Source of the DNA: Octopus sinensis
Lineage: Eukaryota
Direction of reading: 5' to 3'
Length of the DNA stretch: 64,000 bases
NCBI RefSeq assembly: GCF_006345805.1
Contig: NC_042998.1
Coordinates: 85,932,001 to 85,996,000 of the forward strand
Shown: one piece after another, positions 11,926 through 24,175 of the stretch
How positions within the stretch are numbered: the stretch's first letter is position 1
Layout: each line of letters begins with the position of its first letter
Translations under genes and position numbers: made by a program
The notes under the pieces: model-generated
Told to the model about the DNA's origin: nothing
Seen by the model: only the letters and a program-made list of their open reading frames with translations
Database searches by the model: none

Positions 11926-12124
11926 CTACACTCGCGGAGTGGTTGGCGTTAGGAAGGGCATCCAGCAGTAGAAACATTGCCAGATAAGACAAGTGCCTGG
12001 TGCAGCCTTCTGGCTTCCCAGATCCCCGGTCGAACCGTCCAACCCATGCTAGCATGGAGAACGGACGTTAAACGATGATGATGATGATGATGATGATATA
12101 TATATATATATGATGTTTATAATT

Positions 12125-12350
12125 TTATAAATATAATTATAGAATTATAATAAGGATAACTACCAAGTAATGCCACATGCTAGAAAAAGACATCAAATGG
12201 CTCTAAACTACTTTATCTATTACATAGACAGTACGTGTCTATATGATAGACAAAGTAGTTTAGAGCCATTTGGTGTCTTTGCTAGCATGTGACATTATTT
12301 GGTAGTTGCCCTTATAATTTTGTATATAAAATTATACACTTTATAAAATT
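12125..12350. repeat. Imperfect palindrome (arms of 80 bp or more)
   Basis: ataaggataactaccaag...ctctaaactactttatctattacatagaca, a gtacg centre, then tgtctatatgatagacaaagtagtttagag...tttggtagttgcccttat. Confidence 0.85.
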
Positions 12351-12414
12351 TATAAAATTATATACTTTGTATTAATTTTTATCTCAGCTGGTTTTTACAT
12401 TCTAGCTACTTGAT

Positions 12415-12632
12415 AAGATCTTATACTCTTTTACTCTTTTACTTGTTTCAGTCATTTGACCGTGGCCATGCTGGAGCACCACCTTTAGTCAAGAAAATCG
12501 ACCCCAGGACTTATTCTTTGTAAGCCTAGTACTTATTCTATCTTTTGCCAAACCACTAAGTTACAGGGACGTAAACACACCAGCATCGGTTGTCAAGCGA
12601 TGTTGGGGGGGGGGACAAACACAGACACACAA

Positions 12633-12671
<39 letters not shown>

Positions 12672-12845
12672 TATATACGAAGGGCTTCTCTCAGTTTCCG
12701 CCTACCAAATCCACTCACAAGGCTTTGGTCGGCCCAAGGCTATAGTAGAAGACACTTGCCCAAAGTGCCATGCAGTGGGACTGAACCTGGAACCATGTGG
12801 TTGGTAAGCAAGCTAGTTACCACACAGCCACTCCTATGCCTATAT
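12415..12845 (-). mobile_element. Full-length tRNA/CORE-type SINE with CR1/L2-type tail
   Basis: Reverse complement of the 16212-16650 copy: head ggagtggctgtgtggtaactagc, internal (TG)n, tail ccagcatggccacggtcaaatgactgaaac. Confidence 0.88.
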
Positions 12846-12879
12846 AGATTTTATCCTTGATTTTAATTGATACATTTGC

Positions 12880-12912
<33 letters not shown>

Positions 12913-12921
12913 CGTATGTAC

Positions 12922-12952
<31 letters not shown>

Positions 12953-12964
12953 TGTATGTACGTA

Positions 12965-13422
12965 TATCTGTGTGTGTTAGTGTCACCAAACATGATTGTT
13001 GTCAGCAGGCGTTGCCATCCTGTAAGTGGTGTCTGTTTCCAGTCTTACCATGAAAAACATGTCTGGTCATAAGGAAATATTACCTTGCTTTGGGTGGTGA
13101 GCTGGTAGAAGCGTTATCATGCTGAGCAAAATGCTAAACAACATTTCCTATGTCTTTACATTCTGTGTTCAGATTCTGCCAGGGTTGGCTGTGCCTTTCA
13201 TTCTTTCAGGATCAATAAAGTACCAGTTGAGCATTGGAGTCGATGTAATCAACTTATCCCTTTCACTGAAATTGCAAGCCTTGAGTCAAAATTTGAAACC
13301 AATATTACTTTACTTGGCAAAAGGTGAGGGGTTGCCAACAGGAAGGGCATCTCGCCACAAAAAATACACTTTAGCAAATTCTGTCTCACCTATGTGAGCA
13401 TGGAATGGAGAATGTTAAAACA

Positions 13423-13425
<3 letters not shown>
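12965..13425 (+). mobile_element. 3' half of an RTE-tailed SINE, interrupted by a nested SINE
   Basis: Homologous to 58690-58935 and ends ...gcatggaatggagaatgttaaaacaa(tga)n. A candidate 15-bp TSD (aatattaccttgctt / aatattactttactt, 13/15) flanks the nested element. Confidence 0.7.
13093..13302 (+). mobile_element. tRNA-derived SINE with Meta-like central domain
   Basis: A-box-like ggtggtgagctggtagaa head and central gcctttcattctttcaggatcaataaagtaccag. Relatives at 27980-28190 and 28320-28470. Confidence 0.7.
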
Positions 13426-13508
<83 letters not shown>

Positions 13509-13510
13509 TA
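13424..13510. repeat. (GAT)n microsatellite
   Basis: About 28 perfect units. Source of the poly-Met, poly-Ile and poly-Ser ORFs. Confidence 0.97.
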
Positions 13511-13599
13511 TGACAATGGTGATGACACCAATTCTGCTGATATCACTACTGTTGTTGCTTGTGTCACTGCTGCTACTGTCTCCTCCTCCTCCTCCTTCT

Positions 13600-14090
13600 T
13601 TTTCTTCTTCTTCCAATCAGGACTTACGCCATTAGCCACAAAGAATAGTCTCTAATTCGATCCTACTCTAAGCTACTAAGAATGCGTGTGGAAACTTGAA
13701 GATCCACCCACCACATGCAATAGACTGGCGGTTACACGGGCGCAAAAGCTACGTTGTTATCCTCGTTCTGTAAACAGTGGCTTTTAACAGGTGGAGAGCT
13801 GAACCATCCTGGGGTAGAGAAGATTCGCAATCTAGACTAGGGTCTGAAAGTTTACCATACCCTAGTGGATAACACCATGGTTCCTCTGCTTTGTGGCAGA
13901 AGTAGGAAGAAAGAGTGAAAGAAAGTTGGGGTGAAAGAGTACAGCAGGGTTCACCATCACCCCTGCCGGAGCCTCGTGGAGCATAGATGTTTTTGCTCAA
14001 TAAACACTCACAATGCCTGGTCTGGGAATCGAAACTGCATTCTTATGACTGCGAGTCTGCTGCCCTAACCACTGAGCCATTGCACCTCCA
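13600..14090 (-). mobile_element. tRNA-derived SINE (distinct family) ending in (GAA)n
   Basis: Minus-strand head gtggaggtgcaatggctcagtggttagggcagcagactcgcagtc...gtttcgattcccagacc has A- and B-box-like motifs. The tail ends ggcgtaagtcctgattggaagaagaag. Confidence 0.75.
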
Positions 14091-14094
14091 CTGC

Positions 14095-14450
14095 TGCTAC
14101 TGTTGTCTCTGCTCTGGCTGTTATTGTGCAGTTGCCATTGCCATTGTTTCTGTTGTTGCTACTTTTGCTTTTGCTTCCGCTATCTCTGCTGCCACTCTGT
14201 CACCACTGTCACTGTTAACATCACTTCCACTGCTTGTGCCACTGCTGCTGCCACTGCCTCTGCTGCTACCACTGCCTCTGCTGCTGCCCCTGCCTTTGCT
14301 GCTGCTGCTACTGCTGCCTCTCCTACATCCTCTACCACTTCTGCTGCTGCTGCTACTGACTCTTCCACCAACACTGTCACTGTTACCACTACTACTGATG
14401 ATGATGATGATGATAACAATAACGAGAATAACAATGATGATGATAATGAA
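14095..14450. repeat. Cryptic (CTG/CCA/ACT)n low-complexity tract followed by (GAT)n
   Basis: Directly visible. The overlapping Ala/Thr/Leu-rich ORFs are compositional. Confidence 0.9.
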
Positions 14451-14769
14451 GTATTGATTCACTTAAGCTAGAAAGTGTCTGGATGGATTTGTAACCATAA
14501 TTCATTGATATTATAAAGTTGCCCTTTTCTCAACACTTCTAAAGTACATAGGTAATGATGTAAATTTCAGAAATCTAATTTTCAGCCTGATATGTTTGAG
14601 GAATTGTGCTTTATCACTGTTAATGACATTTAGTATCAGACCTCTATTCTTACAGTCCAGTGCCCCACATGCTCCACCTTTCAGTTTAGTTAAATAAATA
14701 AACAAATACTCTGAGATTGATAAAGGTGTTTCTATGTATTGGTATCTTAATCAGAATAGGCATAGGTGT

Positions 14770-15085
14770 GTTTGTGTGGTAAAGAAACTTGCTTCCTGAC
14801 TAGTGTCTTCTGTTACAGCCCCAGGTTAACTAAAACCTTGTGAGGGGATTTGGTAGACAGAGGTTGGAAGAAGCCTGTTGTTATATGTGTATATATATAT
14901 ATATGTGTGTGTCTGTAGCCTTGTGTTTGTCCTCCACCACCACCACCACTTGATAACTAGTGTCAGTCCATTTATGTCTCTGTAACTTAGAAGTTCAGCA
15001 AAAATAGACTGAAAGAATAAGTACCACTTAAAAAATAAGTACTGGCATGAATTTGTTTGATTAAACCCTGGCTGAAACAAGTAAA
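14770..15085 (+). mobile_element. Decayed tRNA/CORE-type SINE
   Basis: gtgtggtaaagaaacttgcttcc...ccttgtgaggggatttggtagacagagg..., similar to 16212-16650. Confidence 0.75.
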
Positions 15086-16211
15086 AGATAAAAGATATCT
15101 CAGTTGTTATATAAGACGAGGAATGCACTCCAGCATTGCCCAGATGTTATGACCTACAGTCAAATTGTATTATTTGTTCCTTTCTTATGGACAGAATTGG
15201 CACAGCTGATAAATAAGTGAACTGGATTACTGGCGTAATGGAAGTTATTATTTGTTTATAAGTGAAGTGGGGAGGGTACAATTTGCATGGGTTGGCTTGA
15301 AAGTGCTTTCTTTTCTTAAGAAGGATCACAAACTATGTATTGTTTCATCGTATGAAAGGGGGTTAATATGATTTTGCTCAGAAATCATGTTTTCAAAATT
15401 TTAATTTCTCCCATCCCCACCACAATTTCTTAATTTGTAACTTTATAAAAAATTTTTTTTTTATCCACATAGAAAATTACAGAGATTACAAATCTGGGAA
15501 ATATAAATTTTTTTAAAGTTTAATTTTTCTTACAGAAACACTCAGTGCCCCTTCCCCCATCTTGCTGACCCATTACCTACCTGCTTTCAAAAAGCTAAAA
15601 CCTCCCACTGTTTCACTTTCATCTTGTATTTCATGCATGTGTAGAATTGTACTGAAATAACAGACGGAAAAAATACCAGACCACCACCAGGAAACTTGAC
15701 ATGCTAGAAACAACAGGTAAACGACATTATTTCTGAAGTAACTCCCCCACTTTCCAAAAAGCTAAAAGTGAAACATTAGGAATTTGTAGCTTTTTGAATG
15801 GATGTTTGGGAAGGAGATCTTAGTGTTTCTGTAAGAAAAAAGGAAGAAGAAAATTCTTAAAGATACATATTCTGTTTTTTGAATATTATCTTTTTTTTTA
15901 TGTTGACTGACCATGCTCCATGCATATTGTTCTAGCAGTGTTATCTAAGGAAGTGTCACCAGACAACAAGTTGTTACATGCTAATAATGTAGATCTTTGT
16001 TTTTTTTCATCTGTCATAGATACTGTCATAGTTAGAAAAGAGGATATACAGCATGACTTACAAGAATTGATTAATGTTCTTTCCAGCAAGACAATTTACC
16101 CCTTATCTGCTTAACATTTCATAAAATAGATTTAGGAACCAATTTTAAAGTTCATGAAAGTTCATGATTTTCCTGAGTGCAGCACTGAAATCAGTAAAAA
16201 CAAAATAATAC

Positions 16212-16370
16212 AGGAGTGGCTGTGTGGTAAGTGGCTTGCTTACGAACCACATGGTTTCGGGTTCAGTCCCACTGCGTGGCACCTTGGGCAAGTGTCTTCT
16301 ACTATAGCCTCGGGCCGACCAATGCCTTGTGAGTGGATTTGGTAGACGGAAACTCAAAGAAGCTGTCATA

Positions 16371-16437
<67 letters not shown>

Positions 16438-16650
16438 ATATGTTTGTGTGTCTGTGTTTGTCCCTCTAGCATTGCTTGACAACCGATGCTGGTGTGTTTA
16501 CGTCCCCATCACTTAGCGGTTCGGCAAAAGAGACCAATAGAATAAGTACTAGGGTTACAAAGAATAAGTCCCGGGGTCGGTTTGCTCGACTATAGGTGGT
16601 CCTCCAGCATGGCCACAGTCACATGACTGAAACAATTAAAAGGGTGAAAA
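16212..16650 (+). mobile_element. Full-length tRNA/CORE-type SINE with internal microsatellite and CR1/L2-type tail
   Basis: A box (gtggctgtgtggtaag), B box (gggttcagtccc), CORE-like accttgggcaagt, (TA)n/(TG)n, tail ccagcatggccacagtcacatgactgaaac. Confidence 0.9.
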
Positions 16651-17529
16651 AAAAAAGAGTGAAAGTTGTACTTAAACAAAGAGAGAATTACCATCTATTT
16701 TTGAGTTAATTATAAAACAATTTGCAATTTGTGTAGATTGAAATTAGAAAGACTGATTAAATTATATATTCCAAGAGAATATTAAACCATTGCTTTATTT
16801 TTTTGTAACATTCATTTTTCTATACCAGTATGAGCTGGATGAAATTCACTGTTGTAGATTTCTACAGGTGCTCTTCCTGTCATCAACCCTCATCAGTTTC
16901 CAAGTTAGGCTTTTGGCCTTTGAACAATAAATATAAAAAGAATAATAGTTTTGCACATTTGCTGTTGTTTTTGTTGTTTAGTCCTAGTTAGCTCTGATCA
17001 AACAAATTTTTGATCAGTGGACTTCCAGCCATACCTGTCCTATCTTTTTCATACGTGCAGGGAATCCAACATCACATGTCTCTTTTTTTAAGATGGTACA
17101 GTGTAAGAGAGATTTGGTTGCTATTTCTAACAGGTGTAAGCACCCACTTAGAAGCAACCTTGTTGGCTTGTTTCTTTTTAATGTAGATCAGTTGCAACCA
17201 AGTAAACCTGTGATAAAAGATGTTACAAACACGACCAACTCATTTTCATTTTGGTCTTAAATCTAAGACTATCTATGAAGTGTCCTTTTAACAGTGGCAA
17301 GATGTCTATCATTTGAAATGTTAGAAAAGGAAGCATATCATTTACATTTTTTTCTCTTGTGTAGAATTACAGCAGACAGATTACTCCAATGTGTGTTGTA
17401 GTCTAATCATGTACAATATTGTGCATGAAATTAATGATTTTACTCATTACTATGACAACAAATATTATGAAGATTATAGTTCACTAATTGGTTTATAACA
17501 TTTGTTTTCAATAAGTATGTGGGGGTGTA

Positions 17530-18479
17530 TCACCACCACCTAGGTTCAACCTCTTTTGACGCTAGAACATTGAATAAGTCATAACAAACTTCCATCAGTA
17601 TTTCTTCTCTTTCTTCAGTATGTCTAGTCTTCAACAGGTTCAACTGTCATTTGTGCTCTCCTATTTGACCTGTTCCTTTCATCCCTATACCGTTCTCTCA
17701 TTCTCATATATTTTGAAATGAACTTTATCTCCCACATTAAAATACTTTATTATGTTTCTTGGGATTTCCCTATAAGTCTTTTTTGTAGGTAACATTTTAT
17801 CAAAAACTGATTTATCTTCTGGGTAAACATTACCTCTGTGGGCAACTTGCCTAAGCAGATGTTCAGCTTAGGTGTTACCCTGTAAACACTTAAGAACTGA
17901 GTTTGTGCAGCAGCATTACCTAATTCATTTCCTGATTTTTTAGTGCTCACTTAAATGTGTCTATGATATGTTCTGCATTATAATGGTGTAACTTCACTGT
18001 CTATGAGGCTGGCCTAAACAAGGTACCTTGCTGACTGACACTACTCACTGAGTCTATCCACTATTTATTAGTAGTGGACCAGCCCACTTCTCACAACACC
18101 TCCCCACGTTGAAATTTTTTTCTTTCTTTCAACACAACATTATACTTTTTTTAATTTCTTTTTCTTCTAACCAGAATTATTTTTCTCTTCTTATTTAGAT
18201 TTTTCTTATTCCACACAGAACCATATTTTTTTTTAAATGCCGCACGTAGTGCCAGTCTACATTGTTTACCAGTAGCACTATTACATATAACGACCTGACT
18301 TAAATCCTTCACATGGATCTATTTTGTTCCACACAGAACCATATTTTTTGTTCATATTCTTTTTTATATATTTTTCAATGTGTGTATATGACTTTTCACT
18401 GTGTGAAGTTCAAGTTCTGTGTTAGAATTCCAGTTTTATCTGACATTTTTTTCTTCAGAATCCTTTTTTTCTTCAGAAT

Positions 18480-18519
<40 letters not shown>

Positions 18520-21235
18520 CACTGTGTGTATGTTACTTTTCACTGTGTGAAGTTCAAATCCCACCTCAGGATTTTTAACATTTTACCACTGCTTGAGCCC
18601 TGAATCCTCTGATATGTCCTGCATTATGATGATGTATTTCATCATCTGCGTGACTGGCCTGAACAGCATACCTCACTAATTGACACTACTTACTGAGTCT
18701 GTCCACTATTTATTAGTAGTGGACCAGCCCACTTCTCATCTGGGGGTGTCCGCCACAACTGTCTACAAACCTTTCTGCTTGCCCATTTGATCTCGGGTGG
18801 TACAGCGGAGTAGTGATATTGATTGCATACCCCTCACAAAAATTTTTTAATTTGTACCCCCAAAACTACCCTCCATTATCTGATGCTATGGTGTCCAGAA
18901 CACCATATCGTGCAAAAAAGTTTGTGAAGGAAACTTATTGTTACCTTTGAGGTTGGTTAACTGCACTTACAGGCTTGACATGCTGATCACAAGATTCACT
19001 TTTGATATATCATCTAGGTATGAAATTGCAAATTCACAGTCCACTAACATTGCATCCATACCCCTTTGAAAGATTGCGAATGCAACCTTTAGACTAAATG
19101 GTGATCTGTTATATTTATATAGACCTTTGTGCATATTCACTGTTAGGTATTTGGAGCATTCTTTGCCTACTCTAATTTGTAGGTACGCATTGGAAAGATC
19201 CAGTTTCAAAAATCACAAAACTATCCTCTGGAATAGGTAGTGGTTAGTGACATGTTTTCAGATATTCACTCAAGCCAGTGGAAAAATCAGTACACACTCT
19301 GATTTTGTCATTTTTTTTTAATACACAACGTTGGAGCTGCCCATTTTCTATAATCCACTTTTTGGATGACTCCAATTCTCTCTAATCTGTCTAATTCTTC
19401 ATTGATATGTTTCATTGCAGCAAACGGTATCAATCTTTTTGGTTTGAACACTGGTATTGCATTTTCCTTAATATGGAAACATGCCTCAGTTTTAGTACAC
19501 AAACCTAATTTATCCAATAACACTTCAGGAAAAGCATTTAAAAAATTTTTTCTTCTGTTTATCTGGTACCTTATTCTTACTGGAGGACCAATCATTTATG
19601 TTTTTGCAGAACAGATTTATGAGGTCCCATAAATCAAACACCATCTAGTCAGTATCGGACAAGTTTGCTGCATTTTTTAACACAAACACCTTTGCTTTAC
19701 AGGTTTTACCACAAATGTAATGTCATTTACCATTTCACCTAAGAAGCATAATCTTTCACCTGTGACACCTCATGCACTTTTCAATGTTTTCTTTAATACA
19801 GGTTTCCCAATTTTCTTCCACATGTCAGAATCAATAATTGTAATGTCACCACCTGTGTCTAATTGTAGTTTCACATTGGCGTCGTTTATTTTTTCATACA
19901 CATGCTTTCTTTTTTGGGTGTTGTCCCAACTTTCTGTTGAGCAAACTTTTGCTGAAAAAATTTTTTTCCAACCTTTTTTGCTTCACTATGCAGTGTGAGC
20001 TTTTATGTCCTATTTTTTGACAACTAAAATATTTTCGAGTTTTAAATGGACAGTTTTTTCTTAAAATGTGGACCTCCACACTCATAACAAGGATTTGGTC
20101 ATAACATTCTTTTTTATTTATTTATTCCTGGTTAACATGTCTGTACTTGAGACAAATCTTTTTCTTCAATTTTCTTTAAATCCTGTTGCAGGTTGATAAT
20201 TCTTTGACATTCCTCTGCAACTGCCTGCAAGGTTAAATTCTGGTCTTTCTGTTCTAGTTTTGTAAGAATCCGTGCACAAATTTCTGCATCTTTGCCATCA
20301 AACCTTGCACAAAGAGGAGGCATTTAAACATGTCAGAAGAAAATTCCTTTGGCTTAAATTTTCCGCACATTTTATTTATGATTCCAGCATAACTGACAAA
20401 ATCTTTGTCCTCTTCTTTTACTAGATTCAAACACTCCCAGCGAGTGTTAAACAGGCAATTCTTATCGCCAAACATTTTGGATAGCATTTCACTTGTTTTT
20501 TAGGCAAGATAAAATTGCAGTATTTTTCATGTTCTGAAGGACCTAGTTTCCATAACAGTAGTCTCACTTTTACTTTGTATGTCCAACACTTGCATTCTTC
20601 CTTGAAGATTTCTTCATATCTTCTGAAGTACACCAAAAAAGTTATACCCCCTTCTGGGTTATAACTAATTTCAGTTATAGCATTCGCTACGCCATCAGGT
20701 GAAAATGAACTTGCAGTATTTCTCGATTTCAGCATCAGTTCCACAACTGATTGTGTTGTAGTTGTTGCTGTTGTACTTGTTGGTGCAATTCCTGTTGCTG
20801 TGGTTGCTTTTGCTTTTGCAACTGTAATATGACAGTAAATAGGTCTTCCATAGTTAATAAGAAATTGTTAATGACCAACGTAAGCTTTGAATCACTCATC
20901 ACCACTTTTATAATGTGGGTTCTGTATATGTGCACTAATACAGTGTAATATATAGTACCACGGAACAGAGAAGACAGCAACTGTTTCCATTTGATGTACT
21001 CCCAAATACCCTGCCCACAACTATAATAAATCCAAAACAGCTCTCAATGAACTATAACAACTTCTCAACAATTTCCTGTGACTCCATAAATTCATGAATG
21101 GCACCTTTCGACTGTCTGTGATTTCTCATCTCTCTCTCAGTCAAACACATTGCTACTTATATGAGTTCAGCTAGCCCATTCTTACAGTGTGTGTCATGAT
21201 GCTTGCCATAACCATCTAAAAACTTCATGCACAAG
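17530..21235 (-). mobile_element. Heavily decayed Ty3/Gypsy LTR retrotransposon (K02A2.6-like gag-pol)
   Basis: Gag remnant YNPEGGITFLVYFRRYEEIF..., Zn-knuckle remnant FSCQKIGHKSSHC, RT remnants KLDLSNAYLQI...ISYLDDI and EELDRLERIGVI, integrase tail FLSVYRVTP at 17750-17950. PBS-like TGGTGATGAG at 20895-20904 with a putative 5' LTR to about 21235. No 3' LTR recognised. Confidence 0.85.
17970..18900. repeat. Unclassified insertion with about 130-bp direct repeats
   Basis: 17970-18095 and 18607-18739 both end gtccactatttattagtagtggaccagcccacttctca. Shorter duplications lie between them. Confidence 0.6.
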
Positions 21236-21499
21236 GCTTAGGCCAGCCCAAGGCTATAGTAGAAGACACTCGTCCAAGGTGCCATGCAGTGAGACTGAAC
21301 CTGGAATCATGAGGCTGGGAAGCAAAAACAACTTTACGTTAATCTGATGGGTTACTCATACTGTTGAAGTGTACAAATTTATTATTTTTAAACAAGAATA
21401 TTGGCCAAAATTTCAAAGTCACTGTTAACAACATTCTTGATTAAGATTAATAAATAAATAATATAATATATATATTTAACATGTGTGTGTGTGTGTGTG

Positions 21500-21715
21500 T
21501 GTGTGTTTGTCCACTCAGATGGCAAAAATGAGTTGTACCTGTATTTCAAAGAGCCAGCCTTGTCACACTGTGTGTCACACTGAATCCCACTGAGAACTAC
21601 ATTAGGAATACACGTGTCTGTGGATTGCTCAGTCACTTGCACATTAATTTCACGAGCAAGCTGTTCCGTTGATCGTATCAGCTGGGATTCTTGTTGTCGT
21701 AACCAACGGAGTACT
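21500..21715 (+). mobile_element. 3' part of a further SINE/LINE-tail family
   Basis: Follows (TG)n and ends ...gctgttccgttgatcgtatcagctgggattcttgttgtcgtaaccaacggagt. Family assignment is from recollection of octopus repeats only. Confidence 0.45.
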
Positions 21716-21738
21716 CCTTTCTTTTGTGTGTGTTTGTA

Positions 21739-22628
21739 TTGTGTTAAGCCAAAAGTTTTGCAATATTTTGGTAGCTTATTTGCTTTATTCCTCAAGTTTC
21801 AGGAAAATCAGCCTAGCATTCAAAGTAGGGGCCATCATGTAACATCTGAATCCACCAGTTCTTTGACCCCATTCTGATGCCAGTTCTTGTCTTTTGAGGT
21901 GAGGGACTCCTTCATTGAGGCTTCCACCTCCTCTTTGTTGATGAACACAAGAAGTTAATCATGGATCAGAACAACTTATAATCTGAGGGAGATATTTTTC
22001 CGTAATCCTAATGTGTATAAGCAGTGGTTAAGCAAGGGCCAGCTACTGGAATCTGTCACCAAACGTGGGTGTTTTGAACACAAAGTGATGCTCCGTTTCT
22101 GGTGGAAATATGATGGAATAATTGACTACAATTTTATTTTGGACAGCCAAACTATCGATGCCAACCTGTACTCCAAACAGCTGGAGTTGTTGTATGCCAC
22201 TGTACTGCAAAAATATCTGGCATTTGTTAAAAGACTGCAAGCTCTTCTGCAGTAAGGCAACACAAGACTTCATACTACTTGAACTCTCTGGAATAAATTC
22301 AAGGAACTTGAAAGAATTAAACTGATCCTACACCCAACATATAGTTTGGATCCAGCTCCCTCGGATTATTACTTGTTCTAGTCCATGGTTCACTTCTTAT
22401 TCTCACCATGCTTCATCAGCCAAGAGAATGTAGAAGCTTCAGTGAAGGAGTTCTTCACCTCAAAGGACAAAAACTGATATCAGTATGGAATAAAAAACTG
22501 GTAGGAAGGTGACTTCTGATGGAGTAACACAATGGCCCCTATTTTGTATGCTAGGCTGCTATTGTTGTAACTTGAGGAATAAAGCAAATAAGCTACCAAA
22601 ATATTGCAAAACTTTTGACTCAACATAA
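21739..22628 (+). mobile_element. Rearranged mariner with about 220-bp inverted arms (two right ends)
   Basis: Transposase remnant KVMLRFWWKYDGII...HPTYSLDPAPSDYYLF. 21739-21955 is the reverse complement of 22410-22628. TA at both ends. Confidence 0.85.
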
Positions 22629-22631
22629 TAT

Positions 22632-22632
<1 letters not shown>

Positions 22633-22671
<39 letters not shown>

Positions 22672-23640
22672 CCATTTAACATCTACTCTCCTTGCTGGCA
22701 TGGGCTAGACGGTTTGACTGGAACTGATGAGCCAGAGAGCTACACCAGGTTCCAGTCTGATTTGGCATGGTTTCTACAGCTGGATGCCCTTCCTAACACC
22801 AACCACTTCAGGAGTGTAATGGATAATTTTATGTGCCGCTAGCATGTTTGCCATTTATATGACATTGGCAATGACCATGACTACAATGCATTGGGTGCCA
22901 CTTACATGGCACCAGCTTCCCCCATGATTACAATTCATGGATGCCATTTTCTGACATCGGCAATAACCATGACCATGATGCAGAGTACCATTTACATGAC
23001 ACTGGTATGGCTACAACTACGATTTCACTTGGCCCGATGAATCTTCTTGTGTACAGCATATCACCAGAGCTCTTGGTCACTTGTCATCAAGTTCAAAGTT
23101 CATGCATCACCACCTCATCTCATGTTTTCCTGGGTTTACCTCTTGCACAGGTCCCCTCCACAGTTAGAGATCAACATTCCTTTACACATCTGTCCTTGTC
23201 CATATGCATCACATGACCATACCAATGCAGTCATCTCTCTTGTACACCACATCTGATGCCTCTTATGCCCAGCTTTTCTCTCAAGACACTTACAATCTGT
23301 CATACATGCACACTGACATTGTACATCCAGCGAAGCATACAAACTTAATTTCTTTCAAGCCTATGCATGTCCTCAGCTGTCACAGCCCATGTATCACTGC
23401 TATGTAGCATAGCTGTTTACGTACAGGCATCATACAGTCTACCTTTCACTCTGAGGGAGAGGTGCTTTGTAACCAACAGAGGTAGGAGCACTCTGAACTT
23501 TACCCATCCTGTTCTTTTTCTTGCAGCGACATCTCATGCAGTTGCACCTCCACTACTGACTTGGTCACCAAGATAGTGGAGTTTGAAATCGTGGTGATAC
23601 AGGTATGTCTGACTTTTTCAATTTTTGATTATTTTTGTCA
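22633..23640 (-). mobile_element. 5'-truncated decayed RTE
   Basis: (GAT)n tail at the left, then 3' UTR, then post-RT coding remnants homologous to 10900-11500. Confidence 0.85.
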
Positions 23641-23770
23641 TTGGTACGAGGTTTGGGAATTTTTATTCATTGGCCTGCTTTCACCTTTGTGTTTAAGTGA
23701 AAATTTGTGGTTTGGTTATTTTGATTGCTATATTAAGCATGCTGGTACTGCTTGTTAATACTTATCCCCA

Positions 23771-23820
<50 letters not shown>

Positions 23821-23825
<5 letters not shown>

Positions 23826-24078
23826 AAAAGTTATTCAATAGTGCAATACACTAGTATTGATTTCCAGTAAAACAAAGCACCATGAGGTTAAAGTAGAATA
23901 AGATAGTGGTACAACAATGCACCAATATTTACTGGAAATATTATTGACTGCTATTTCCAGTAAATACTGGTGCATTGTTGTACCACTATACTATATTTAT
24001 ACTTTAACCTGATGGTGCTTTATTTTACTGGGAAGCAATACTACTGTATTGAACTATTTAATAAATTTTTTTCTTTGG
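23821..24078. repeat. Imperfect palindrome, about 120-bp arms, next to (TA)n
   Basis: ...gatagtggtacaacaatgcaccaatatttactggaaata / ttattgactgc / tatttccagtaaatactggtgcattgttgtaccactat... Confidence 0.85.
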
Positions 24079-24175
24079 AAACTTTTTCTCCGTTCTCAGT
24101 CTGTTAAATGCTAAGCATTCAAATGAGTAAATACTGACATTGATATAGCAACATTTGAAATTTTGTCTAGGTGAA

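Larger units (their letters stand above)
7751..12097 (+). mobile_element. Apparently full-length, young RTE-clade LINE inserted in (TA)n
   Basis: Open 3.1-kb ORF, a 590-bp 3' UTR ending in (GAT)n, and (TA)n on both sides. The 5' boundary (7751) is inferred only from the microsatellite edge. Confidence 0.88.

Noticed and set aside
14095-14471. Ala/Thr/Leu-rich ORFs resembling a mucin or antifreeze protein
   Set aside because: Open on several frames because of the cryptic CTG repeat. No splice or start context and no domain.
15920-16114. ORF with LLHANNVDL...EDIQHDLQELIN, possibly an ancient RT remnant or host exon
   Set aside because: The similarity is too weak to call by eye, and there are no supporting neighbouring fragments.
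16212-16290. tRNA-like sequences (also 13093, 14000-14090, 12770-12845)
   Set aside because: These are SINE heads: they continue into SINE bodies and lack a complete cloverleaf.
23990-24060. Possible hammerhead in the palindrome arm (ctgatgg...gaagcaatactactgtattg)
   Set aside because: A9 and U16.1 are missing and there is no convincing stem II.
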